From: an uncultured Chloroflexia bacterium
Lineage (GTDB): Bacteria > Chloroflexota > Limnocylindria > Limnocylindrales > CSP1-4
DNA: 64,000 nucleotides
NCBI GenBank assembly: GCA_963712745.1
Contig: CAVQJC010000006.1
Location: 341,133-405,132, forward strand
Direction: 5' to 3'
Positions 20,541-30,100 of the stretch are shown here, piece after piece. The notes under the pieces were generated by a model. It saw only the letters and a list, made by a program, of their open reading frames with translations. It was not told where the DNA came from and made no database searches. Numbering within the stretch: the first letter of the stretch is position 1; each line of letters starts with the position of its first letter. The position numbers and the translations under genes were made by a program.

Positions 20541-22664
20541 ATGGCTACCCGACTCGAGATCACGCATGGACTGATCGCCGAGCGGGACCGGCTTTCGACC
20601 TCGGCCGACACGCTGAGTGTCACTCGGCCGACGACCGGCTCGAAGACCCGCTCCAAGGGCGTGCTCTTCATCGTCGTCAGCTCGGGCGTTCCAGGACCTC
20701 GGGCCCGGGAGGCGACGGCACTCGTGGCCGACACCATCAGGCACGAGTACTACTACGACGAGTCGGCCGGTGTGCCGGTCTGCCTGGAGAAGGCCGTCAA
20801 GAGTGCCGACCGCCGCCTGCAGGGCAGCCGGGAGGGCGCGGGCCTCCCTCCAGGATCGCTCGGCGTAGCCGCTGCCGTCATCCGCAACAACGAGCTGTAC
20901 CTCGCCACCCTCGGTCCGGCTGAGGCATACCTCGTGCGCTCGGCACGGCTGTTGATGCCCGATCGCAGCTCCCCCGGCGGACTGCCCAGCAGCGACGGGC
21001 GCGGCATCGACGTCTGGCGCGGCGAGCTGAGTGTCGGCGACGGGCTCCTGCTGGTCTCTCGGAACCTGACTGAGACCGTGGGCACCGAGGAGCTCAAGAG
21101 CGCCATCCTGACGCTCCATCCGCAGGCGGCCACCGAACACCTCCACCACCTGTTCGTGGCCGCCGGAGGCGCCGGCTCGGACGGCATCATCGCCGTCGAG
21201 GCCAAGGAGCAGACCTCGCGAGTGCAGGCCCGAGCGACGGCCTCGGTCGGTGATGCCTACGGCGATCTGCCCGGTGCGGTCCCCGAGCCGGTCGGCGGTA
21301 CCGTCGGTTCGGCCATGATCGCCGTGCGTGATACAGCAGACGGCTTGCTCGACCGTTTCTGGAACGCCATGCCCAAGCGTCGTACGAACGCCCGCGAGGT
21401 GGCCGCGGTGCACTCCCGGGCGGAGACCCGGCGGCGGGCGGCCATGGGCTTGCTGGCGCTGGTCGCGGTCGTCTTCGTGGTGGGCATCGTGCTCGCGCTC
21501 ACGCCGCGCGGAGCCGATGTCAGCGAGGTCGAGCAGGTGGCCAGCTCTGATTCGGCGCTGGGTGCCGCGATGGACGCGGCCAATCGAGCGGACAACCTGC
21601 TCTCCTCGGAGCCCGACACGTCGCTGGAGTACTACCGCGACGCGTGGGCCGAGATCGAGCGTGCACGCGCGACCGGCCTGTCCGCACCTGCCCTCGACGA
21701 GCTCGAGAGTCGCGTACAGACGGGCCTCGACAAGCTCTACGGCGCGCGCTACCCGAGCATCAAGCGAGTGGCCAAGGTGCCCAAGGATGCCGACCCGGCC
21801 TACCTCGTGGAGGGCCCGCGTGGGGGTGCCATCTTCATCGATCGCGCGACAGGGATCGTCCACCGCGCGAACCTCAGGAGCGGCAAGACGGCCGACATCG
21901 TGCACGAGGGCGACAAGCAGCGCGGGACGGACAAGACCATCGGCAAACCCGTCCAATTGGCCGCCGCCGGGCCTGACGTCATCATCGTCGACGACGATGC
22001 GCGACCGTGGCGCTGGCGACCGTCGAACTCGGCCGGCGCCGGCACCCTCGCCCGGCTCGTGCTGCAGGGTGGCGCGACGTTCGGCAAGGACCACGGCGAT
22101 ATCGAGGCCTACGATGGCGTCGGTGAGTACCGCCTCTACGTGGCCGAACCGTCGCTCAACCAGCTCATGCGCTATCAACAGACCTTCGATGGCAGCGCAT
22201 TCTCGCCACCGGGACCCTATCTCGCCTCCCAGACCGCCGAGGTCGCCGACTTCGAGCAGCTCTACATCGACTTCGACGTCTACGCCCTGTTCGACAACGC
22301 CCTGCGGCGCCACGAGTACGGCAAGTACGACGGCGGATTCATCCTGGACACGCCGCCAGACGACGGCGACTTGCGGCCTGGACAGGACTATCGCCTCGTC
22401 CACGGATCCGGCAGCGCTTCCACGGCCGGGCGGGTGTATCTCTACGATGCCAAGCACGGGCGGGTCGTCGGCTTCGACAAGGCCGACGGCAGCTACGTCG
22501 GCCAGTGGTTCCCGCAGGGCGACGGCACCGAGATGGACGACATCCGCGGGATGTACGTCATCGACGGCGTCTACAAGTCCAACAAGGGTAAGCGCAAGGC
22601 CGACACGCTCGTGTGGGTCACTCCCAGCGGTGTCTACCAGGCCGCACTCCCGGTCCCCGGGTAG
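20541..22664 (+). CDS. Membrane protein: degenerate PP2C-like N-domain, TM helix, extracellular beta-propeller-like domain
   Basis: PP2C-like order of elements (LFIVV, LEKAVKSAD, LYLATLGPAEAYLVR, LLLVS) without catalytic Asp residues; one TM at about aa 300-322. Confidence 0.65.
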   Translation: MATRLEITHGLIAERDRLSTSADTLSVTRPTTGSKTRSKGVLFIVVSSGVPGPRAREATALVADTIRHEYYYDESAGVPVCLEKAVKSADRRLQGSREGAGLPPGSLGVAAAVIRNNELYLATLGPAEAYLVRSARLLMPDRSSPGGLPSSDGRGIDVWRGELSVGDGLLLVSRNLTETVGTEELKSAILTLHPQAATEHLHHLFVAAGGAGSDGIIAVEAKEQTSRVQARATASVGDAYGDLPGAVPEPVGGTVGSAMIAVRDTADGLLDRFWNAMPKRRTNAREVAAVHSRAETRRRAAMGLLALVAVVFVVGIVLALTPRGADVSEVEQVASSDSALGAAMDAANRADNLLSSEPDTSLEYYRDAWAEIERARATGLSAPALDELESRVQTGLDKLYGARYPSIKRVAKVPKDADPAYLVEGPRGGAIFIDRATGIVHRANLRSGKTADIVHEGDKQRGTDKTIGKPVQLAAAGPDVIIVDDDARPWRWRPSNSAGAGTLARLVLQGGATFGKDHGDIEAYDGVGEYRLYVAEPSLNQLMRYQQTFDGSAFSPPGPYLASQTAEVADFEQLYIDFDVYALFDNALRRHEYGKYDGGFILDTPPDDGDLRPGQDYRLVHGSGSASTAGRVYLYDAKHGRVVGFDKADGSYVGQWFPQGDGTEMDDIRGMYVIDGVYKSNKGKRKADTLVWVTPSGVYQAALPVPG

Positions 22665-22708
22665 GTCGCCCGCGCAGCAGCCTCAGGCCACGCCGCTAGA
22701 ATCGAACC

Positions 22709-23329
22709 ATGCCTCAGGGAGCGCGCGAGATGGTGGTCGAGAGCGTGCGCGTGCACATGCTCTCATCGCAGCACGTCGTCATCCTGCGCGAGACGGACGG
22801 CGAGCGCTACCTGCCCATCTGGATCGGCAGCTGGGAAGCCCAGTCCATCGCCATGAAGTTGCAGGGCGTGGAGGCGGAGCGGCCACTGACCCATGACCTG
22901 CTGGCGTCGATCCTCGACGACCTCTCGGTCAGCGTCCGCCATATCCTCGTGTCAGACCTCGCCGACGAGACCTTCCGCGCCCGCATCATCCTCATCCAGG
23001 GTGGCAGCGACTACGAGATCGACGCCCGGCCGTCGGATGCCATCGCCCTCGCCGTGCGCGTGGCTGCGCCCATCTTCGCCACCGACGCGGTGCTCGACCG
23101 CGCCGGCGTCATCCCGGAGGCCGACGAGGAGGAGAAGCTCAGCGTCTTCCGCGAGTTCGTCAACTCGCTCGAGAGCGAGCCTGAGGGTCCGGGCGCTGGT
23201 CCGGGTGGGCAAGGCGGACGCTCGCCGGGGGCGACGCCGCCCGACGACCTGCCCGATGAGACCCCGCTGGATGACCGGCTGGGCCACGGTGACGAGCGCC
23301 CCGACGAGGATACCGGCGCCTTCGGCTAG
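22709..23329 (+). CDS. Bifunctional nuclease family (DUF151)
   Basis: LPIWIG..EA, RPLTHDL, DARPSDAIALA. Confidence 0.93.
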   Translation: MPQGAREMVVESVRVHMLSSQHVVILRETDGERYLPIWIGSWEAQSIAMKLQGVEAERPLTHDLLASILDDLSVSVRHILVSDLADETFRARIILIQGGSDYEIDARPSDAIALAVRVAAPIFATDAVLDRAGVIPEADEEEKLSVFREFVNSLESEPEGPGAGPGGQGGRSPGATPPDDLPDETPLDDRLGHGDERPDEDTGAFG

Positions 23330-23357
23330 CGGCGATTCGGGCGCCCGGGTCGCGGCC

Positions 23358-24176
23358 TCAGCCGAGGATCGGCTGACCGCGCTCGAGTGCCTCGGCCCGG
23401 TTCACCCACAAGCGCAGGCGCAGGGACCAGAAATCACGCACCGCTCGCAGCACGACGCGCGGGTCCGCTCCCGAGGCGCGGCCGGCGGTTCGGGGGTAGT
23501 GCGGGACGCCCTCCTCCGCGATGCGCCCGCCCCGCTGGCCGATCTTGATGAGCAGTTCGGCCGAGAGGAAGGCACCTCCGGACTCCACGCGCACGCCCTC
23601 GAGCGCATCTCGCCGGAATAGCTTGCAGGCACAGTCGGGGTCCCGCACCCGCAGCCTGAAGAACGTGGCCAGGGCCGCCCGATAGGCGCGCGCGTAGGCC
23701 AGGCGGACGGGCGGATCGGCCCGCTTGATACGGAAGCCGGCTACGACATCGGCGACCCTCCCGTCGGCTGCGGCCACGTCCAGCCGGGCGGTCAGCCGGG
23801 CCAGGTCCGCGACCTTGAACTGGCGATCGCCGTCGGTGAAACAGATGAGTGGATAGCGTGCGGCGGCCAGCCCAGAGCGGACGGCCGAGCCGTAGCCGAG
23901 GTTGAGCGGGTGGTGGACCGCGCGAACGATATCGGGGTGTTCCGCGGCCAGCCTGTCCGCGATGGCGCCGGTGCCGTCGGTACTGCCATCGTCGACGGCG
24001 ATGATCTCGAAGCGCTCGGCGAGGTGGGGCAGCTCGGCCAGGGCTTCGTCGACCAGGTCTTCGATGTTCTCGGCCTCGTCGTGCGCGGGGAAGAAGTAGC
24101 TCAGCTCCGCGACGCGCGCCCGATCCGCGACGCGGGCGCGCCGGTCGTCGCTGTGTGGGGCGTTCGGTTCGGGCAC
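23358..24176 (-). CDS. GT2 polyprenol-phosphate glycosyltransferase (DPM1/Ppm1-like)
   Basis: FFPAHDEAENI, VDDGSTDGT, NLGYGSAVRSG, FTDGDRQF, DPDCACKLFRR. Confidence 0.88.
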   Translation of the reverse strand: MPEPNAPHSDDRRARVADRARVAELSYFFPAHDEAENIEDLVDEALAELPHLAERFEIIAVDDGSTDGTGAIADRLAAEHPDIVRAVHHPLNLGYGSAVRSGLAAARYPLICFTDGDRQFKVADLARLTARLDVAAADGRVADVVAGFRIKRADPPVRLAYARAYRAALATFFRLRVRDPDCACKLFRRDALEGVRVESGGAFLSAELLIKIGQRGGRIAEEGVPHYPRTAGRASGADPRVVLRAVRDFWSLRLRLWVNRAEALERGQPILG

Positions 24177-24204
24177 AGCTCCAATCCTAAGGGTCACAGC
24201 CTCA

Positions 24205-25737
24205 TCAGTCCCCGTCGCTCCTGTCACCGTCCGTCGCCGGCCCCACCACCCGATAGAGCTCGCCGGGAACCCCCGGTACAAGCTCCAGCTCGTAGAGTCG
24301 CTCCAGCGCCTCCCGGTCCTCCTTGATGCGGACGATGTACACCGGGCGCTCGCCGAGGAAGTGGTCGATGGCGCCACGGACGTCACCGTAGCCATCGTCG
24401 AGGATGTCCCGGTCATCGAGGATGACGAGGTCCTCGCGACGCCCTTCTACCCAGCGTCCGTACCACAACGGCGTGGAGAAGGACCACCACGAGATGACCG
24501 CAGCCTCCGGCTCCAGAGCCTCGAAGGCGGCTTCCAGGTAGTCACGGCCCCGGGTCTCCCCCGACGCGTCCATGGCCTCGTAGCGGTCAAGCGCCGGCAG
24601 CAGCACGGCCGCCATCAGGGCCAGCGACAGGCCGCCAGCCGCCAGGCCGGGCCATGGCCGTCGTGCATCAGGGATGACCGTGCGCAACGAGTCCCAGATG
24701 ACTTCGCCCGAGAAGCCGACCCAGAGCGCTGCGACCAGCAGTGGCACCAGGTAGTAGCGCTCGATGACCGCGTTGCTGTAGCCCGCGGCGAAGAGCCAGG
24801 TAGCGCCGAACCAGAGCAGGCCCAGGAGCGTCAGGCGCGGATGCCGGCGGAGGCCCAGGATGGCTCCCGAGACGGCCAGGATCGACAGGACGCCAAGGTT
24901 GCGCACGAGCTCGTCCCAGGCGCCCGAGACGAGTTCCGCGAGCGGTGGCAGTCCGCCGAAGGAGCCGCGGAACTGTTGACCCAGGACGACGTACCAGAAG
25001 CGCTCCCACGTTTCCGGGTCGGCATAGTCGAGGCCGGGGTCCATGGCCGACCGCAATGGCAGGTAGAGATAGACGAGGGCCGTCGTGAGCGCCAGCGCGG
25101 CGACACACGCCAGCACCAGGCGCCACTGCCGCCAGAGGATGCGCGGCGCCACCAGCAGCACGAAGACGGCGATGCCTGGCGCCAGCAGCAGGGTCAGGGC
25201 GTGGTTGCCCAGGGCCAGGCCGAAAGCGATCGCACATGCCACCAGCCAGCGTCCGGCGCCTTTGCCGCCCGCCGCGACCCGCGCCTGCCAGCCACCAAGC
25301 AGCACCAGCATGAGCGCGGCCATGAAGACGTGGAGCGCGTGCGGGTCGGCGCGCAGGCCCCACTTCCAGGCCACCGGGGTGACCGCGAACGCGAGCCCTG
25401 CGGCCAGACCCAACTGCCAGCGGCGCGTGGCCATGACCACCCGCACCGCCAACAGGGCAGCGGCCCCGGCCATGAGGCAGGCCGAAAGCAGGTCGGCCCG
25501 ATAGGCCTCGTTGCCGAAGGGCGCGAAGACGACCGAGCCGAGCCAGGCCAGCAGCGTATAGGTCGGGTAGCCGGTGGGGTGGGCGATGCCCAGCACCGGG
25601 CCGACCGCCTGGAACTCGGCGGTATCCCACAGGCCCACGTCGGGCAGGAGCGTGCGGAGGTAGAGGCCCAGGGCCAGCAGGAATACCGGGATGGCCCCCA
25701 GCGCGTACTCACGACGGGCCGGGCGGGTCAGGTTCAC
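24205..25737 (-). CDS. DUF2723 / TMEM260-like GT-C glycosyltransferase
   Basis: WDTAEFQ...LGIAHPTGYPTY signature, YLYLPLR, many TM helices. Confidence 0.85.
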   Translation of the reverse strand: MNLTRPARREYALGAIPVFLLALGLYLRTLLPDVGLWDTAEFQAVGPVLGIAHPTGYPTYTLLAWLGSVVFAPFGNEAYRADLLSACLMAGAAALLAVRVVMATRRWQLGLAAGLAFAVTPVAWKWGLRADPHALHVFMAALMLVLLGGWQARVAAGGKGAGRWLVACAIAFGLALGNHALTLLLAPGIAVFVLLVAPRILWRQWRLVLACVAALALTTALVYLYLPLRSAMDPGLDYADPETWERFWYVVLGQQFRGSFGGLPPLAELVSGAWDELVRNLGVLSILAVSGAILGLRRHPRLTLLGLLWFGATWLFAAGYSNAVIERYYLVPLLVAALWVGFSGEVIWDSLRTVIPDARRPWPGLAAGGLSLALMAAVLLPALDRYEAMDASGETRGRDYLEAAFEALEPEAAVISWWSFSTPLWYGRWVEGRREDLVILDDRDILDDGYGDVRGAIDHFLGERPVYIVRIKEDREALERLYELELVPGVPGELYRVVGPATDGDRSDGD

Positions 25738-27125
25738 CACCCCAGCGTCACGCCCCAGTAGACGCCCCAGGCGTTGACCGCGACTGAGGCCCCCACCAGC
25801 GCGAGCGCGAGCCAGCCTGTGCCTAGGCGGGCGATGCCCAGGGTCGCCAGGATCACCGCGAACGGCGCGAAGTCGTTGCTGAAGCGGTAGCCGAACTGCA
25901 CCCAGCCCTGGCTGAAGTGCATGAGGTCGGCAAGGGCGATGGCGATGACGGCCAGTGCAGCGCCGGCTACCAGGCGGCGGCGCCAGCAGCGCAGCAGCAC
26001 CGGGATCATCAGCAAGTAGGCCGGGCTCACCAGCAGGATGCTCATACCCATGGGGCTGGGCCGCAGCAGAGGGCACTCACGGTCGGTGAGCGAGTCGAGC
26101 CCGAGGTTCCGCGTGGCACAGGCTGGGTCGTCGAGCAACGGCATCTCGGGCAGCGAGCCCAGCATGATGCCGAGGCTCTGGGGAATGTAGCGCGGGTCTT
26201 CGGCCGCCCACTCAGGATGGACCAATCCCGGCTGAGGCCGGTACTCGACCTCGTAGAGATAGTCGTAGGCCGGGTGGAAGACCTCGCCGGTAGTGACGAG
26301 GTTGTAGCCGGTGAGCAGCAGAACCGGGATGAGGGCGCCGGCGCCGGCGGCCAGTGTGCGCCGTGGCCATGAGCCTCCCCCACCGACGAGGGCGAAGAAG
26401 GGCGCGCCGAAGATGGTGGTCAGCCGCGCTGTGGCTGCCGCCCCGAGGGCCAGTCCAGCCGCGAACTGGCGGCCCAGGGTCCGTCGTCCGGCACCGGCCC
26501 GCTGGGGGAGCACGCTCGCCTCGGCGCGCGTGGCCACGGCGATGGCGATGAAGAGGAAGGTCGAGGCCACGACGTGGGCCAGGAACCAGGTCGTGCCCAG
26601 CATGGCCGCGTACCAGGCCACCGTGCCGAAGCCGTAGAAGACGGTGCCTGCCAGGGCCGCCGAGCGACGTGGCGTCACGCCCAGCAGCATGACCCAGCAG
26701 AGCACGACGTTGACCGCCCCCAGGGCCGCTGCCACGCCAGAGCCGTTGGTGCCCAGGCCCCACACCGCCACGAACGGCAGCAGCACGATCGCTGGCAGCG
26801 GCGGGAAGGGGATCTGAGCGCGGTCCGGCCCCACCGGCAGCACGTCCTGGAAGTAGCCATTCTGGTACGGCCCCTCCGTCACCGGATAGGCGATCTCGGC
26901 GCGGCCATGGAGGAAGGCGTCCGCCTGCCATACGAAATGGTCGTAGAGATCGCCGCGAGCCGGGTTGGAGCCGACATAGACGATGAGCGCCACGACGAAG
27001 AGGGCGATCGAGACCCAGGCGGGGTCGATACGGGCCAGCCGAGCCTCGAGCCAGGCGCCGGGCCCCGACTCGGGTCGGGGCGCGTCTGGGGAGGACAGGG
27101 GGCCCGTTGATATACTCGCGCTCAC
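25734..27125 (-). CDS. Polytopic membrane protein, probable GT-C glycosyltransferase
   Basis: HFVWQADAFLHG, PFPPLPA, GWVQFGYRFSNDF; about 11 TM; cotranscribed with DUF2723 and GT2. Confidence 0.65.
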   Translation of the reverse strand: MSASISTGPLSSPDAPRPESGPGAWLEARLARIDPAWVSIALFVVALIVYVGSNPARGDLYDHFVWQADAFLHGRAEIAYPVTEGPYQNGYFQDVLPVGPDRAQIPFPPLPAIVLLPFVAVWGLGTNGSGVAAALGAVNVVLCWVMLLGVTPRRSAALAGTVFYGFGTVAWYAAMLGTTWFLAHVVASTFLFIAIAVATRAEASVLPQRAGAGRRTLGRQFAAGLALGAAATARLTTIFGAPFFALVGGGGSWPRRTLAAGAGALIPVLLLTGYNLVTTGEVFHPAYDYLYEVEYRPQPGLVHPEWAAEDPRYIPQSLGIMLGSLPEMPLLDDPACATRNLGLDSLTDRECPLLRPSPMGMSILLVSPAYLLMIPVLLRCWRRRLVAGAALAVIAIALADLMHFSQGWVQFGYRFSNDFAPFAVILATLGIARLGTGWLALALVGASVAVNAWGVYWGVTLGW

Positions 27126-27158
27126 CTCATCGCTTTCCCAGGAGGCAGGACGTCGTCG

Positions 27159-30100
27159 GTGACCTCGACCCTGGTGCAAGGGGTCGGCCGTAGCCACGGA
27201 GAGCCGGTCCGCCCCCTTTCCGTGCTCGCCCTGAGCCCCGCCATCATCGTCCTGCTGCTCGGCGGTCTGGCACTGCGGCTAACTATCGCATACGTGCTCT
27301 TCCCGGCCTCGGGCTTCGAGTCGGACCTGGCCTCCTATGCGTCGTGGGCCGGCTCGATGGCCGAGTTCGGCCCCGGCGGCTTCTACCAGAACGCCGGTTT
27401 CTCCGACTACCCGCCGGCCTATCTCTACGTGCTCTGGGGCCTGGGCCTGCTGGCCGGGTCTGCCGGCGATGCCGCCGAGCTGGTCAAGCTGCCGCCCATC
27501 CTGCTCGACATCGCGGTCGGGTACTTCATCTTCAGGTTGGTGCGCGGTTGGACCTGGCCCGGGCCTCGCAGCGAGGCGCTGGCGCTGGTCGCCGCCGCCC
27601 TCTACCTGTTCAACCCGGTGTCCTTCTACGACTCGGCCCTCTGGGGCCAGACCGACGCGGCCGGGGCCCTGGTGCTGTTGCTGGGCCTGGCCGCGCTCAT
27701 CCGCGGCAACAGCGAGGGTGCCGCGGCCATGGCCGCGACCGCAGCCCTGGTCAAGCCGCAGTTCGGGGTGGTGCTTATCCCCCTCGTGGCCGCCGTCCTC
27801 GTCAAGCGGCACCTGCTGCAGGCCGGCTCGGGGCCACGCAAGCGGCCATGGGTGCCCGGGACGCTCGGCCGCTGGCTGGCGCGCGAACAGGGCCCACTGC
27901 GACTGCTGACGGCCGTGGGGGTCGCCTGGCTGGCCTACCTCGTGATCGCGCTGCCCTTCGGCCTGGGCCCAGACGAATACCTCGAGCGCATGTTCGGCAC
28001 CGCCGGTGGCTACGGCTATCTCAGCGTCAACGCCTTCAACCTGTGGGCGCTCGTCGGTGTCGATGGGCAGCCCTCGCTGGCCGATGCGCTGCGCTGGAAC
28101 GAGGACACGCTGGAGCTTCTGGGCCCGCTGCCGGGCCTCGCCATCGGTGCGACCCTGCTGGTCGCGGGCTTCCTCTGGGGCGTCGTTCGCGGCGCGGTGC
28201 GCGACGATCGCTGGACGCTCATCGTGGCCATCACGTTCCTGGCCATCGCCTTCTTCATCCTGCCCACGCGGGTCCACGAGCGCTACATCTTCCCGGCCGT
28301 CGCGCTGATGCCGCTGCTGGCAGTGGTGCAGCGTCGCTGGGCGCTGGCGCTGCTGCTCTTGAGCGTGGGCGCCTTCATCAACCTGCACGCCATCCTGACG
28401 CTGCCGCTCTACGGCAGTAGCAACGTCGAGACGCTGCCGCTGGGGGAGTGGTTCAGGAGCCAGCCGCTGGTGGTGCTCTCGGCGCTGCTGCAGACGAGCG
28501 TGGGCCTGTGGGCGGCCTGGCAGCTGCGTCCCTCGCTACGCACCAGCCCAGACCGATTCGATTACGCCTCGGCCCCCGCGGGGGAGGGGGTGCCAGCGCT
28601 CGCGCCACCCTCGAGCTACCCGGCGCTGCCGCCCTCGCCGGAGCTCTGGGTCCGCGGGCCTGGTGTCGTGGACCAGGTCGTGTCCCGTCTCTCGTGGGGC
28701 TCGCTGCGGCGCGACCGTAGCGCGACCCTGGCGTGGGAGCGGGGCGGGCGCCTCGACCGGCGCGACCTGCTCATCGTGGCCGTGCTGGCCGTGCTCGTGC
28801 TCGGCATCCGCGGCTTCCGTCTGGACCAGCCGGTGCGCATGTACTTCGACGAGGTCTACCACGCTCGCACGGCCACCGAGTTCCTGCAGCAGTGGCAGTA
28901 CGGCGAGCCTCACGACATCTACGAGTTCACCCACCCGCACCTGGCCAAGTACGCCATGGCCTGGGGTATCCGCCTCGCCGGCGGTAATCACATCACGGGC
29001 TCCGCCGAGCTGGGGGTGCCAGTAGCCGACACCGCTCTCGAGCGACGCTGGGCGCGATCGGCCGAGGACGAGCGGCGCCGGGGCGACCGGCTGTGGGTCG
29101 GGACCGGCAGCGCCCTGCGCGCCTACGACCTGGAGACCGACAGGTTGGTGGCCGAGGTCCCCTTGGCCGCGGCCGCCGTGGCGGTGGACGACGCTGGTCA
29201 TCGTCTCTTCGTGGCCGATTCCGTGGGCCGCCTCTACCGGCTGGACACGACCGTGCTCGACGGCGCGCCGGGAGGCCAGGCCCTCCTCGAGACCATACCG
29301 CAGCCCCTGTCCCCGGGCCCCGGTGCCCCGGTCGAGCGACTGCTCGCTACCGATACATCCCTTGTGGCGGCCACCCGTGGCGCGCTCAGATCCTTCGACC
29401 CCGAGACTGGCGAGCTCGTCTCCGAACGACTGATGGTGGGGGTCACCGACCTGCTCGAGCTGCCGTGGGCCGAGCGCCTGGTCGTCGATACCCGCGCGTT
29501 GCCCGACCGCGAGGTCGCGGCCGATCTCCTGGCCGAAGCCCTCGCCACGGACCGTGAGCCGCTGGCCGAACGCCTGGCGGCCGAGGGTTCGGTGGTCATC
29601 GCTGCCTGGCTCGACGAGAGCGCGGCCGATGCTGTGCTGGCGCTGATCGAGGCCGGTGACCTGCCCGGGGCAGAGCTGGCGTCGGCGCCGCTGTTGGCCG
29701 TGGCCGATCACTCCGGCGTGAGTGTGCTCGACGCCTGGACGCTCGACCCGGTCGATGACATCGCCAGCGCGTCCGCCGTCAGCGCGCTGATGCTGGCCGA
29801 GCCGGCGAGCGACGAACCCACGCTCTACGCCGCCGCCGGGCCCGAGCTCCTGACGGTGCCGCTGCTGGAGGATGGACCCGGCATCCCTGAGACGATGTGG
29901 ATGCCTGGCCAGACGCGCGGCCTCGCCTGGAACGAGTCGGCTGGCCTGGCTCATGTGCTGGGCGACGCGCCCGAGGGTGGGCCCACGGTCTACGTGGTCG
30001 AGCCCCGGGGCCGATCGGTCTTCATCGACGTGCCGCTGCCCTACGAACCGCTGCGGCTGCTGGCCGACACGCAGGCGGACCGACCCGACGCCGACCGCAC

